A DNA stretch of 64,000 bases from Isurus oxyrinchus (taxonomy: Eukaryota): the NCBI GenBank assembly GCA_026770705.1, contig JANJGN010000026.1, forward strand, positions 36,518,001 through 36,582,000, written 5' to 3'. Shown here piece by piece: positions 23,431-37,385 of the stretch. The position numbers and the translations under genes were made by a program. How positions within the stretch are numbered: the first letter of the stretch is position 1; every line of letters begins with the position of its first letter. A model generated the notes under the pieces. The model was given only the letters and a program-made list of their open reading frames with translations. It ran no database searches and was not told the origin of the DNA.

Positions 23431-24869
23431 GAGAGGGAATGAAATAGAGAAAGGACGCGCAGAGAGAGGACGAGAGAGAGATCGTGAGCATTAACTTTTC
23501 ATATGCAACTTTAAAAATTATATTATTGTTCTAAAATGAGTTGGTTTTGTAGTTAAACCGACTGTCTTTTTTTTCCAGACCTGTTTGGCCGGACATTCAG
23601 AAACACAAGATCGTTTTTAAGAAATTGCTTTTTTACTGAAATAATCCTTTTCGGTTCAATCAAAGAAGTTCCTCGGGGTGATTTTCCTGTCGAACTTTTT
23701 AGCTTTTGATCTTTTATGCACCCTGGCATTTGAAAACCAACTGCTAACTGAATCCTAACGGAAAGTTTTCTGCTCGTGTTTGCACCGACTGTATTACGTT
23801 CAATGTTACCGTGCATAACTTCGTTTCATCTAGTATGTTTCACTTTCAGTTAAGTTTAAACATCATTGCGTCAGATAGCTTGGAAATTGAAAATAAGATG
23901 ATTTTGAAAATAACTTGATTTCTTTCACTATGTTGTCTGCTATGTTCCATTCTATTGCAGTTTTAGCTCCTTACTTTGCTCAGGAGTATTATAACAAATT
24001 ATACGCATCTTGTGAAATTTATCAATCGGTTTACTTTGTCTGTTTCTCTCTGTCTAACTTCATTCGATTCCATGGATATGTTTTGTCCAAGTAGAGATTA
24101 ACACCATATCTCAGCAACTTTAATTTTGATGATTCATATTTGGCACTAATTCCGATGTGTCAATGAAGAGAAAATGTCCACTAAATGGAAGCAACATCCT
24201 GTTCAGTGGGGAATTTGTAATCAACATGAGAGATAAGAGTGACTGATGATTTAGTAGAAGTGCCAGCGAGATTTGATTTAATCACACGACACTTTTAAAT
24301 GCTGCGTTAAGAGGGCAGCAAAGAGACCAAATATATCAGGGAATATATGAATACAGCCAGAAGTTGCTTCCCAACACAAATTACCTTGCTAGGCCATTCT
24401 AGAGGGCACTTAAAGCTCAACTACATGGCTGGGGCTGTGGAGTCACATGCAGGCCAGACCACGTAAGGACTGCAGGTTCCCTTCTCGAAAGGACATTAGA
24501 GAATCAGGTTTTTTATGACAATAGATGATCGCCATTGGGACTAAGCTGTTTTCAATTCGAGATTGGTTTTATTAATTAATTGAACAGATTCAATTCCACT
24601 AGTTGCTGTGGGGGGGGGGGGGGGGGGGGGTGTGAGATTGAGCCCAGTCTCCACATCAGCACCGCCTGAGAGTTGGAGAAGTTTTGTAAAGCGGCGAGAA
24701 CAGAATAGAATCAGGAGGATAACAATCCTGGAAATATTGCACCACATCATAAAGTAATCACGATGTAATACAACGCAGTCAACATCTGTAAGTGACAGAC
24801 ACCGGCAGGTCAATGCGTTCCTAAGTGACCTAAGGCCTTACAGGGACCAGTGACATTGCAGCTACCCCA

Positions 24870-25500
24870 CCGTCTTCAGTGAAGCCCAATGCAAACTGGA
24901 GGAACAACACCTCATCTTCCGACTAGGCACCTTACAGCCTTCCGGTCTGAATATTGAGTTCAACAACTTTAGGTCGTGAGCTCCCTCCCCCATTCCCACC
25001 CCCTTTCTGTTTCCCCCTTTTTCCTTTTTTTCCCATAAATTATATAGATTTTTCTTTTCCCAGCTATTTCCATTATTTTTAAATATTTTAAAATCTCTTA
25101 TGCTCCCCCCACCCCCACTAGAGCTGTACCTTGAGTGCCCTACCATCCATTCTTAATTAGCACATTCGTTTAGATAATATCACCAACTTTAACTTTAACA
25201 CCTATGTGTTCTTTTGTACCATTGTCGCTGACATCTTTTGATGATCTGCTTGTATCACTGTTTGTCTACACAACCACCTCTCTCTCTCTCTATCTCTCCG
25301 CCCCCCACACACACACCTTAAACCAGCTTATATTTCAACTCTTTCTTGGACTCGAAATCAAGTTCTGTCGAAGGGTCATGAGGACTCGAAACGTCAACTC
25401 TTTTCTTCTCCGCCGATGCTGCCAGACCTGCTGAGTTTTTCCAGGTAATTCTGTTTTTGTTTTGGATTTCCAGCATCCGCAATTTTTTTTGTTTTTATCT
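24870..25500 (+). mobile_element. Penelope-like retroelement 3' end
   Basis: Translates as KLEEQHLIFRLGTLQPSGLNIEF (GIY-YIG C-terminus-like), followed by a terminal repeat with a hammerhead-like motif. Confidence 0.75.
25361..25399 (+). ncRNA. Minimal hammerhead-ribozyme-like motif (variant core CUGUCGA)
   Basis: AGTT-CTGTCGA-A-GGGTC-ATGAG-GACTC-GAAAC-GTC-AACT. Stems I and II and the palindromic stem III can all be drawn. Confidence 0.55.
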
Positions 25501-26029
25501 TGGTAGAAACATTTGCTCAAGTTTACAAACCGCCAGAAGAATTCGCTGGAATGCATATATTTCACTGTGGATTTTTTTTTCTGACTGGTATAACTGCCAT
25601 CCTGCGGTTTTTGTTTTTCAGCTCAAAAAATAAACTAGGTCATCAAAACCCTGTTGTCTCAGATATAGATAAAGGGAAGATGGAGGAGAGCAGATTAATG
25701 AGTCAAATTATCAGAAAAGTGAAGGCGAGCTGTTTTAAATCCAGTCCAATATTCTTAGTGTGGGAGTAGAGAGCCCTTTGAGGGGCTGCGCTCAATAACT
25801 GTTCGTGGATTGGTGCACAGAATATCCCATTTGCTTACGCAGCGCCGCAAAGGCCAGTCCTGAGGCCAAGTCGAGTTCCATACACCATTTGTACCAGTGT
25901 TGGGTGAAAAACAGAAAAAGATGTGGACAGGCCCACAAGTTGCTATAATTAATTTACTATTTCCATCAACAATTACAGAAATCAAAGGACGGCCCAGTCC
26001 ATCCAGACTGCCCCGTAGTAGGAATTAAG

Positions 26030-26410
26030 TAAATTGGAATTGCAGTCACTATGGTAATGTAGGAAATGGTCAAATTATGCACAGCAAGCTCCCACAAAGA
26101 GCAGTGTGATCATTTGTTTCATTGATATCGTTTGAGGTTTAAAAGCACGGGAGATTTGACCAGCTCTTTTGTGCAATAAGTGGTGGGGTGTTTAAGGTCC
26201 TCCTCGGGGAGGAGGGCGGGAGTGCGTGAGAGGCAGAATTTCCATTTAATAGCTCATCCGAAAAATGCCACCACGGACATTGCAGCACTCCCTTCATACT
26301 GGCAGAAGTGTCAGCCTGAGTTATGTGCTCACGCCTCTAGAGTGGGGCCTGAACACACACATTTCTGATAGAGAAGCAGAGTTGTGAGATGGAACAGTTA
26401 AACTGAGCCG
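26030..26410 (-). mobile_element. DeuSINE/SacSINE1-like SINE
   Basis: CTCATCCGAAA..GCAGCACTCCCT..GTCAGCCT..GTGGG..TGAAC motif. Related copies lie near 7070-7230, 38560-38870 and 49830-50290. Confidence 0.55.
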
Positions 26411-26470
26411 CGGATAGCACTTACCCACAAAGGGTGGGTTTCTATGAGCTGGTAGTTCTACATCACTGCG

Positions 26471-26942
26471 GGTTTTTTTACAGCGACAGATGAGTTTTAA
26501 ACCAGTGTGTTGCGGCTGTGTCCTGGATTTCCGCTCAAGTGATCGTTAGAGGAAACTTCTTTCCTTCGTTAGTCTGACCCGCCTCGGATTTCCCTTTGGT
26601 AAAATCTGCATCTCTTTTACTGCTTCTATCTCGATACAAAATAAAACGCAGAACCTGATTCGTGTGCTGTCTGTACCAGTACAGGCCGGGATTACTATGA
26701 TTTGTTGTGTAGCTACAGTCTATTTTCTTGCTGTCCCCTTCAGTAACATGCAGTGAGGTCTGAGGTTGGGACACAGAATCTGTCTGAATCAAACCTGAAA
26801 TAAAACGTAACGAAAAACGAATGCAATACTGAGTTTAAAAGTCTATTAACATCACATAACTGCAAACGGATAAAATGATCTGGCTGCACCTACCGAACAT
26901 CAGCCACAATAAAATCAGATGACGATGTGGCATAAGCCACAT
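26471..26942 (-). pseudogene. TCR V pseudogene (inverted)
   Basis: Leader 26942-26894 reads MWLMPHRHLILLWLMF. The V exon from 26794 reads DSVSQPQ..IDC..WYRQ..FPLTIT*AEIQDTA, with YYC deleted. RSS is CACACTG(26509-26503)-23-AAAAAAACC. Confidence 0.92.
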
Positions 26943-28314
26943 TATATCCTGAGCAACAATCTCTTCGAAAAGCAGATATATTTACTGTTGCAATCTGTTA
27001 CATTAAGAAACAGTTCTCCAGAGAGCTTTAACGGAAGGGGAGTAAGGGGCGGGGGCTTTTGTAATTCTTCTGTAATTCTTTTCCAATAAGAAGTAGCGAA
27101 TGAGTTAACTCGGTCACCACATTTTGACACGAGTGCTGACTGGCCAAATATAGTTCCTCTACTTCCTCCTACGCCATCTAATGCCATCACTCAGTAGATG
27201 GAAGGAGGAGGGGACAATGTTTGGCGGCTGGGGGGAACTATTCTGGATGGAGTTTGTGTTTGGCAATTCGCCCCTCCCTCCCCTCCTCAGACCTCTTGGT
27301 CAGGAGAGAAAATAATGAGGTCATTTAAAGAACAACTGTACATTCTTCATGTTGCAGGAGGAAAATAGCGAACCAGAGAAACTCGGAGAGAGAATAACAG
27401 GACTGAAAAAGACGGAAGAGACACAAATAAGGAAGGGAAGGGTGAATAAGAAACACTGAGGAAGAAATCACACGATGATTGCCATAAGGGAACAGCTGCT
27501 TTTCCTAGTGTTGTTCTAGCCATTGCCCAGTTATGGGCGATTTTGGCAAGATCGGCATTTATTGCCCATCCCTTGCTTCACATAAGGATCTTATGATGAG
27601 CCTTCTCCTCCAACCACCAGTGTGTGTATGGTGAAAGTGCTCCACAGTACAGCTTACACCGGAGTGAGAATTGACTGTGGTTTGTAGGATTAATTGATAA
27701 CACAGCACATAAAGAGGTCATGTGGTTAAGCGTGCATGTGCTTGAAGCCTGCAGGAGTTATCCAATAAACACGAGGCTATTTTCTTTTTCTGTAGACCTG
27801 CATGTTTCATTTTGAAACATTTATCCAATTGCTTAATATTGTATCTGCTACCATCATTCTTTCAGGAAGGCTTTCAAGATCACAATAACTCGCCATGAAA
27901 CAAATCATTAATCCCGCCCCCCCGCCCCCCCCCCCCCCCCACCCCCCCCCCCCCTCCCACCCCCCACCCCCCACCCCTCGTCCCCGCCCGCCCCGGAATG
28001 ATTAACTTGAATCGATACCATCTGTTTATCGACCCTCCTGCCAGAAGAAAAGGTTTCTCCTCATGTACTTTCTAAGGAAATTTTCATAAATTTGGTCACC
28101 TCAATTAAAATTCCCCTTACTTTCTCTGTTGCAAGGGAAAGAAAAGGTTTCTCGATTCACTCGAGCTAAATGATATCCGTAATCCTTGACACCATTGTGT
28201 TAGAACATGAAAAATGTGTTCTTCATCATTTTCTTAATGACAGATTTTATTTTTGAAGAGTTGCTCCGTGGCAGATGCCTTTGCTTATCTCTCCAGCTTT
28301 TCTCTGGTATAACG

Positions 28315-28889
28315 ATGATTTATACGGAGTAGAGCGGCTTTGAAACACTGTGACTTTCAATCCGCAGAAATAGATGGCGCTGTCTTTAGGCTCTGCTGCA
28401 GAAATTGACAAAGGAAAAACTTGATATTGACGGAAATCACGAGCATCGAATTTTCCGTTCGCAAACTCGCATCCCTGCGCCTGGTTTTATCATAGTACAA
28501 CAGAGACTGGGGTGCCTGGTTCGGGCACAGCCGGTACCAGCAGCAACCCGGATCATGAGAACTGGAGTTGTATTTACAGTTCAAAAACGGATTATCTCCC
28601 TCATGTACCTTCAACTCATATTGACTCTGCATTACCGAACTCCCTTGGGTTTTATCTGTAAAATAATATAGAAACTTCAGTTAACACACTTACTGGTTAC
28701 GAACATTCCAGTCCACAATTACGGTATAACTATTATAAGGGACATTTGGATAATTCACACTAGAGAAAGAAAGACATTTTAACATTTACAGATTACAAGG
28801 GGTAGAATGATAAGTCATATCAACACAGGGCTCACATGTCCCAGTATACCTATTACAAAGGAGATCAGGAACAGCTCAACAGCCGTCAT
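28315..28889 (-). pseudogene. TCR V pseudogene (inverted, frameshifted)
   Basis: Leader MTAVELFLISFVI (28889-28850). The V exon from 28655 reads SSVMQSQ..FLNC..WYRLCPNQAP, then after a frameshift FPLSISAAEPKDSAIYFCGLK. RSS is CACAGTG(28352-28346)-22-ATAAATCAT. A CRE-like AGTGACGTAA lies at 29118-29109. Confidence 0.9.
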
Positions 28890-29144
28890 CTCTAAAGTCC
28901 TGGCAAAATATTCCTGACTATAATGTTAAAGTCTTACCGGGCACGTGCTTAATCAAGGTTTGTTTCCTTGGCTCATGATCACCGCAATGATATCCCGAAA
29001 GTTGCTCTGTTACAAACAGCAGAAATGACCAGGTGATAGACGTGAGCAAGAAATAAACACAGTTAGCGGCAGTCTGGTTGGGCTAGCAAAGATCACTTGT
29101 GTGCATGGTTACGTCACTCTAGTGGAGTACTAGGTGCCACAAAA

Positions 29145-30930
29145 CCCACTGTAATATAAATAGACATATAATCTGGAGTATTATAAAAAATGTTTAGTTT
29201 CGTAATGCAATAACTGAGGCAGGCCTTGTGCAATATAAATGAAAGCAATGTTTCAGATATTTTAACCAGAGACATATTCTAAGTAAGTGCTAACTCAGTG
29301 CTTTGCGAGGTAAGCATGGCATACCGAAGTAAAAACTGAAACAAGCATCTAGTGTAATTCAAACGAAGACAAGATTTAGTGCTGATATAACTACACAACC
29401 AGTGGTGAAGTTTAAACACTGACGGATCGTGGTCTAACATAAAGAAACAATTTCTTAGGTGCAGTGATTCCTTCCTCTGATACAAGGTCTAGTGTAAAAT
29501 AAAGATAGAAATGGGCTACCGCGGTAATAACTGACGCAAGCCGATGGTAAACTAAAAGGATACACGTCTATTTTAAAATAAGCAATGACATTGACTTGTG
29601 CGATGAAACCTGAGATAGGGTCTTGCGTAATATAAGCAACCACGTGATTTGAAGCAGAGCATAGAGAAAGCGCTACGCATAAGATAAAGAGTTACATAGT
29701 ACAGTGCTAACAAAGAAAGGTCATCTAATGCAATAATTGCTTGGACACAGTCCAGCATAATACAAATGGCGACATGATCTACTGTCGCAAAAACAGAGGC
29801 AAGGCCGAGTTTTTAATAAGTTGAAACACACATTCCTGTGCATTAATATCTGTGGCAGAGTTTTGTGTAATATGAACAGAGATAATATTCGTACACCAAT
29901 AACTGAGATAGGATTAGTGTAACTTAAACAGTTGAACAGTGTAATGTAATATGTAGAACAGCATCTACTGCAATATAAACATGGCTGGGAGCTTGTGTAA
30001 TATGAACAAAGGCAGAGTCTAGAGTTGCAGTAACTGGGCAGGCCCTCAATTATTGTAAACAGTAACTTTATCCAGTCCAGTTATGACGAATACAGCGCCC
30101 AGAGCAACAAAGGAAGTGTCATGTTCTTGTGTAATATAAACAGGAACAGGGTCTCCTGGCATATAAACTGAAATATGGCCGACTGCACGATTAACTGAAT
30201 CATCCCCCAGTGTAATATAGCTGAAGCAGAATTTAATTCATTAATATCTAAGACCTGGCCGACTGTAATGTCAGAAGGGATGTGTTGGACGGCAATGATA
30301 AACTGACGCCGGTTCCGTCCGAAAGCAAACAGACACATGGTCGAATGGAGTAACAATTAAGAGATGGCCTAACACATGTTAAAGAGTAGAAGGAGCTGAG
30401 ATCGACACGGGTGCAAAGACGCAAGAGACGAGTCCAGTACAAAATAGAATAATATGTGATCTCGTGCAGCAACTACGGAATTGCACTGAGACCGAATCTG
30501 TAGGAGATAGAACAATGGCATGGTGTTCTGGGATATTGAGTCAGAAACATGATCTAGTGTGATATGAAATCAGATAAATGTCCGGGGTAATATGGAAAAA
30601 CAGAGCTCTAGTGTAATGAAAACTGAGATAAGGCCTAGAATAATCTGCAAAGGGACATTTCGCATTTTACAACAAACAAAGATAGGATGAAAGTTAACAG
30701 AACTATAGTCTGGTGCAGTATTAAATAAAATAGGACCTAGTGTGAAATAAGCAAGGGACGAATCTCATGCTGCAATAAAATGCCACTTAGTCCAATATAA
30801 ACAGAAACGTGATCTGGTTTAAAATTATCAGCGGCATGGTCTAGTGCATTAAAAACTGAGAGAGGACACCATTTAAAACCAGTGGCATCGTCTAAAGCAT
30901 TTTTTAACAAAGCCTGCTGTAATCGAAAGG
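29145..30930. repeat. Old degenerate ~27-bp tandem array (consensus approx. TCTAGTGTAATATAAACAGAGACA.GG)
   Basis: Recurrent TAGTGTAATAT.AAC.GAGA phasing. It resumes at ~32960-33130, 35390-35530, 36340-36440 and 44330-44700. Confidence 0.7.
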
Positions 30931-30942
30931 AAGGTATGGTCC

Positions 30943-30958
30943 TACTGCCACCAGGTGG
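30943..30958 (-). promoter_or_regulatory. Candidate CTCF site
   Basis: CCACCTGGTGGCAGTA with an upstream TGCATTCAG. Confidence 0.55.
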
Positions 30959-30999
30959 ATGCTGAATGCAATGTCCCCAGTTCGCCGATGCCAAAACGT

Positions 31000-31480
31000 T
31001 GATGGAAAAGATAGCTCTCAGGAGGACGCTAAGATTCTGAAAAGGAATACAAACTGGTTAAATGTGTGGAAGCACCATAGAAGACGGACTAAGCGTGAAT
31101 CCTGCACTTGGTGACGGTGTTGGATGGATGGGGGGGGTGGTGGTGGTGGGGGCGGGGGGGTGGTGGGTGGGGACAGGATACTACTTATAGATCACGGAAA
31201 GTTAAAATTCTGGCACAGTCTGCAGTTAGGAAATCAAATGGTATGTTAGCCGTTTTAGAAACGGATTAGAGTAAAAGAGTTTAGAAGCCTTACAGCAATT
31301 GTATAATTAATTGTATATATCCCAGTGAGATTTCCTAGGGTACTGTACACAGTTTTGGTTTTCAAACCTAAGGAAGGATGTATTTGCCTTAGAGAGGATA
31401 AAACAAAGGTTGACCACATTAATTCCTGGGATGAGGTGCTTGTCCCACGAGAAGAGGTTAAGTCGGCTTTGCACACGTTC
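31000..31480 (+). mobile_element. CR1-type LINE fragment
   Basis: Similar to 39540-40070; interrupted by the LINE starting at ~31490. Confidence 0.65.
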
Positions 31481-31489
31481 CACTGAAGT

Positions 31490-32640
31490 TTTTTTAATTC
31501 TTTTTTTAAGGTATGTGGGCTCCTCTGCCTGGGCCAGCATTTTTTGCCCATCCCTAATTGCCGTTGAGAAGGGGTTGGTGAGCTGCCTTCTTGAATCGCT
31601 GCAGTTCCGGTGCTGCAGGTACACCCAAAGTCCAATTACAGATGGGATTCCAGGATTTTGACACAGCGACAGTGAAAGAGCAGTGATATTTTCCCAAGTC
31701 AGGATGTTGGGTGGCTTGGAGAGCTGATTCCTGATGTTGGTAATCCCTTGTGTCTGCTAGTCGTGGTCCTGAGTTTGGAAGGTGCTGTCTAAGGCGCCTT
31801 GGTGAATTCCTGCCGTGCAGTTTGTAGATGGTACACACTGCTGCTATGTGCGTCGGTGGTGAAGGGAGTGAATGTTTGTGGATGGGGTGCCAAATAAGTG
31901 GGGTGTTTGATCATGGGCTGTGTCAAGCTCCTTGAGTGTTGCGCTCATCCAGACAAGTGGACATTATTCCACCACACCCGTGACTTGTGCCTTCTGGATA
32001 GTGAACAGGCTTTAGTGAGTCAGGAGGAGAGTGACTCGAAGCATGATTCCTAGCTTCTGGCCTGGTCTTGTAGGCATACTTTCATGTGCCTAGTCCAGTT
32101 CAGTTTCTGGTCAATGATAACACCCAGGATGTTGATATTGGGGGGATTCAGAGATGGCAATGCCATTGCACGTCAAGGGGCGATGGTCAAATTCTCTCTT
32201 GTTGGAGATGGCCATTGCCTGGTACCTGTAAGGCGTGAATATTACTTGCCACTTATCAGCCCAAGTCTGGACATTGGCTAGGTCTTGCTGCATTTGGACA
32301 TGGACTGCTTCAGTACCTGAGGAGTCGTGAATGGTGCTGAACATTGTGCAATCATCTGTGGACCTCGTCACTTCTAACCTTCTGATCTAAGGAAGGTCAG
32401 CAGCTGAAGATGGTGGGGCTAAGGGCACTACTCTGAGGAACTCCTGCAGTGATGTCCTAGAACTGAGATGATTGAGTTTTAACAGCCACAACGATCTTCT
32501 TTTGTGCTGTGTATGACTATAACCAGCGGAGATCTTTCCCCCAAATGCACATTGACTCCATTTTTGCCAGGGCTCCTTGACGCCACAGTCAGTCAAATGC
32601 TGCCTTGATGTCAAGGGCAGTCATTTTCAACTCCCCTCTG
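31490..32640 (-). mobile_element. LINE remnant with an RT fragment
   Basis: The minus-strand translation includes STDDCTMFSTI..MQQDLANVQTWADKWQVIFTP (the RT YADD region) and the common 3' end. Confidence 0.85.
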
Positions 32641-33669
32641 ATAATAACGAGAGAGGATCTCATATATAATTCTTAAGGGGCTGCAAGGATTTTGGCTTCA
32701 CCGTGGAATCTAGTACCAAGGCTCACAGTCTCAGCATACGGTGTCGACAATTTGGTACTGATTGTTCTGTACCCATTGAGCTGTGGGGCTTCTGGTGACA
32801 AAAAAGAATTAATGAATATGGGGATATTCCTGTAACATGGAATTGAGATAGAATATGAACCATGAATTCACTGCTTGGTGGTGAAGACTCGAATGGTCGG
32901 TTGCCTAATACATTCCTAGATCGTATATTTTTACGTTGAACCATCTCCTTATTTTTACATAAATAGAGAAACGTGGTCTAGTGCATTCATTCGTGTTCCA
33001 GTGTCTAGTGTAATATAAACAAAAATATGACTTGGTACAGTGCAACTGAGATAAGTTCGAGTGGACTAAAGACAATGACATGTTCTTGTACAGTAATGAC
33101 AGAGATAGGTCCTTGTGCACTATGAGCAGAATATCCGTTCAGCTGCCACTACGTGTCTACAGATTTCCAAAGCGCCACTACAACACTGCCTCTTTATTTC
33201 TATTGCACACTTTTATTTTCAGCACTGTTTGAAAGTTTGACATTGTAGTTAATGTAAAAATGGTGGGTGCAAGTTACTGATTCTCGTACTAGCAGGTCAG
33301 CAGACACTGATGACCACCTCATCACGTTCAGCAGGAGGTAAAATAGGTTTTATGTGCACTAATTGAAGATGAGCTTGTTTGATTTATGCACAGAAACATC
33401 AACGGCAGAGGAAAGTGGCTTGGACCCCAGCAATCTTTCTTCGGTTATTTAAGGTCAAGAGAGGGATATTGACCAATATATAGTGTAGGACCATGAGAAC
33501 TTTAAGTCCTCCCAGAACAGCCAAGGTTCATGATCTCCCCAAAAAGATAGCATCTTTTCAATAGCCCGATTAGAATTCTGATATTTATGCTCAGGTTCTG
33601 AATTTGAGGTGGAATCCACAATGTAATGACAATCAAATCAGAACAATCAGAAAGGAATAATTGGCATTC

Positions 33670-33900
33670 TAGTTGTGCGAGGCTTCTTGAGGATGAGTGA
33701 CCAGAATATGACAGAATTCTTCATCAAGATGGAGAGTGACATAGTTGATTCTGAGACTAGGGCCCTGAATCTTAATAAAGGAAACTACGATGGTTTGACG
33801 CGCGAGTTGGCTATGATGGATTGGGAAACGATACTTAAAGAGATGACGGTGGATAGGCAATGGCAAACGTTCGAAGAGCACATGGGTGAACTGAAACAAT
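33670..33900 (+). mobile_element. CR1 ORF2 fragment (end of the endonuclease region)
   Basis: SDQNMTEFFIKMESD..LNLNKGNYDGLTRELAMMDW. Confidence 0.8.
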
Positions 33901-34755
33901 GTCACTTTAGCTGAAAGGCTTGAGGTAATATCTTATATTTACAAATATACCATTGCATTCGCTAATGTAGTTCCTGTTAAGCTTCCCGATGCTAATATCA
34001 CATAAAGCAGCCTGAAGAATACAATTACTAAACTTAATTCATCCAATTCCAATTTATGGGCTCATCAAACCTAAAGGAAAGACGGGGCACACTCACCCCA
34101 TCTAAACTGTGCCCGGTCTCTGGAAAAAAGTGCCTATAATTAGTTGTTCTCTCTTTCTCTTTTTCCAAACTCCTGCACGTCTTCCACTTCCAAGCATCCG
34201 TACAATTTCCGTTTGAAGGTTACAACTGAATATGGTCCCATCTCCCTAAAGGAAATAAAGCCCAGCTCACAGCAATTCGCTGCAAAAAAAAAATCTACCT
34301 TTTCCTCTTTATTCCCCTACGAATTGTCTGAACGTTGGCTACCGATCCTTCTGCCAGTGGAATTAGCATCTCACTAACAATTCTGTAAAACAAACCTTCA
34401 GAAATTTAGAAACCTCTATTATAATCCCCCTGTAAGATTCTTGTCCTTTTTCTCTAATTTCTTCAGATACCCGAGGTGTCTCATCTCTGGTTCAATTTGA
34501 ATAAATATCTTCTGGGCCTGCTCCAAAACTATTGCATACTCCTGAAAGTGCAGTTTCAAATAAACTCAATACCTTTTTTACCCTTCAGATAAATTCTAGC
34601 GATATATGCTCGCTTACAACTAGTCTAAGCAATAATTTGCGTAATTCCAATCTCTAAGACTATTACTTTCGCCGACAGCGCACAGAATCATTTGTATGCT
34701 CAACAAAATTGGTTTGTTTAGAATCACCTGTATGCTCAACAAAATTGGTTTGTCT

Positions 34756-34895
34756 AGTTCTGTCGAAGGGTCATGAGGACGCGAAACGTCAACTCTTTTC
34801 TTCTCCGCCGATGCTGCCAGACCTGCTGAGTTTTTCCAGGTAATTCTGTTTTTGTTTTGGATTTCCAGCATCCGCAGTTTTTTTGTTTTTATGTT
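34756..34895 (+). mobile_element. Solo Penelope-type terminal repeat with a hammerhead-like motif
   Basis: Nearly identical to 25361-25498, and flanked by ATTGGTTTGT at 34744-34753 and 34896-34905. Confidence 0.75.
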
Positions 34896-35809
34896 ATTGG
34901 TTTGTTTTCAATGTCAGTTAGATCACTGCTTCCACCTGCTGACCAACACCTTCTACTACAGGCCCTGGAGTTTATCTAAAATGATTCAGAATTCTACTCG
35001 TAACATGTCCATTTGCTAATGAATTTCACTCAGTGAAGTTTTTCAGCGCAAACCACGAGAGACAAGAAATGAAAAGGATTTAAGACGGAAGTGCCAATAT
35101 TACTGTTATGAATTTCGAGTTTTCCGTGAGAAGGTGTGCAGTTACTGAGGAAGAGACTGGCAGTGAAGAAAGGTGGAGTGGGATGAACAGCTGCAGCTCA
35201 GTTTCTTCTGGCGGAGGCTCACTTGCACCCATTTTATAGCGCATTCCAAATGTCTGCAACGAGAACAGGGCGTATCGAAATTTTAGAGATATTTTCAGTG
35301 CACAGTTGCAACGCAGAGATGTTTGCGCCAAGAGATCGATACTCCCCGTTTACTTATACTTTCATTACGCTAGACAGACGTTCATGTGATAGAATCAGAG
35401 GCATGGCGTAATGAAATATAAACAGGGCCAGGGCCCAATATAATAAAAGTCCAGAGACAGCGTCTGATGTAATATAAACAAAGATATGCATTTATGCAGC
35501 AACATCTGACACATGGCCAAATGTAATATAAATTATTATATTATAACATAATGCATCGTATTATGAAATACTATAATATAATAACATTACATAATCAAAT
35601 GTAGCTACGTAGGACAATCCGTTGTGACTCTATTCTATGCATGAGTAAGGCATTCAAAGTTTGTGGGCTTGAATCCCACCAGGGTCAAATTTTGAAGGGA
35701 CGAATAGAGACAAACTCAGTTCTGATTCTGCAGCAGTGATAACTGCGACGGGGTTCTTGTGTAATGTCACGTGAAATAGATGCAATGCTGGAACAAACTA
35801 GACAGGTTC

Positions 35810-36345
35810 TTCTGTTGAGGCTACAGCTGGAGTACTGTGTGCAGTTCTGGTCGCCACATTATAAGAAGGATGTGATTGCACTGGAGGGGGTGCAGAGGAG
35901 ATTCACCAGAATGTTGCCTGGGATGAAACATTTAAGTTATGAAGAGAGGTTGGATAGATTTGGGTTGTTTTCGTTCGAGCAGAGAAGATTGATGAGCGAT
36001 CTCATCGAGGTGTACAAGATTATGAGGGTTAGCACCCCTTACTTGAAAGGTCAGTCATAAGGGGGCATAAGTTCACGGTGAGGGGCAAGAGTTTAAGGGG
36101 GATGTGAGGAAAGCTTTTTTTGCCCAGAGGGTGGTGACGGTCTGGAATGCACTGCCTGGGAGGGGGGTGGAAGCGGGTTGCCTCACATCCTGAAAAAGTA
36201 CCTGGATGAGCAGTGGGCACGTCATAACATTTAAGGCTATGGGCCAACTGCTGGTAAATGGGAGCAGTTAGATAAGTCAGGTGTTTCTCAGGTGTCGGTG
36301 CAGACTCGATGGGCCAAAGGGCCTCTTCTGCACTGTGATTCTGTG
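35810..36345 (+). mobile_element. CR1 LINE 3' end
   Basis: LEYCVQFWSPHYKKDVIALEGVQRRFTRMLPG..LSYEERL. Confidence 0.92.
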
Positions 36346-36734
36346 AATATAAACAGATGTTTCATCAGTCCAGCAATAACAGAAACAGTGTCTCATATTG
36401 TATAAATGGAGAAAGAGCTTCGTGTCACATACTCAGTGATAGAGAGCATATATATGGTTCTGAGCTAAGATGTCCATTTGCTTGAGGAATCGAATGACCT
36501 CAACTATCAATAATCTATGAAAATTCAGTCACCTCAGCTTACATTGATTAGACGCACAGTCACCTCCATTTGACCTTGCATGTCATGACCTATAGTCAAT
36601 TCGCCACCAACAACATCCTGAACACCTGCGGCTACAGCAGCCCAACAGAGTTTGAACATTATGCGGATTCCCAATCATAGCTGTTGCATGTGAAGCCCAT
36701 AGGATACACTGAGGCAGAGCACAAAGCCTCTATT

Positions 36735-37385
36735 TTATTAATTTATGGGATGTGGGCTTCGCTGGCAGGGGCAGCATTTATTGCCCACCACAAGTTGCCC
36801 TTTGGAACGTGGTGGTGAGCTTCCTTCTTTAACCACTGCAGTCTATGAGGTGTAGGTACACCCGCAGTGCTGTTAGGGAGTGCCAGGCTTTTGGCCCAGC
36901 GATAGTGGAGGAACAGCGATATATTTCCAAGTCAGGATGGTGAGTGACTTGGAGGAGAACTTCCAAGTAGAGATGTTCCTATCTCTCTGCTTCCCTTGTC
37001 CTTATAGGCTTTAGAGGTCGTGGGTTTGGAAGGTGCTGTCGATGGAGCCTTGGTGAGTTCCTGCAGTGCACCTTTAGATGGTACACACTGCTGCTTCTGT
37101 GCATCGGTAGTAAGTACCGCCCAAACCCATGATGTCAATCACTTAGAAGGGCAATTGAACATGGTAGAACCATCACATCCACTTTCCCCTCCAAGTCAAA
37201 CATCATTCCAACTTATTTATATCGCCGGTCTTTCATCGACCCTGGGTCTTAATTTTGTAAATCCTAGCTAACAGCATTGTGCAGACAACTTGCGCAGAGG
37301 GGCTGATGTGGTTCATGAAGGTTGCTCACCAGTGGGAAGTAGAAAACTGCATTAAATACCAGCCTTGATACTGATGTTCACATCA
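36735..37385. mobile_element. LINE 3'-end repeats in opposite orientations
   Basis: Same family as 2765-3005 and 3255-3495. Confidence 0.65.

Noticed and set aside
28938-28976. Alternative leader exon for the 28655 V
   Set aside because: It contains a stop and is not hydrophobic. 28889-28850 is a much better leader.
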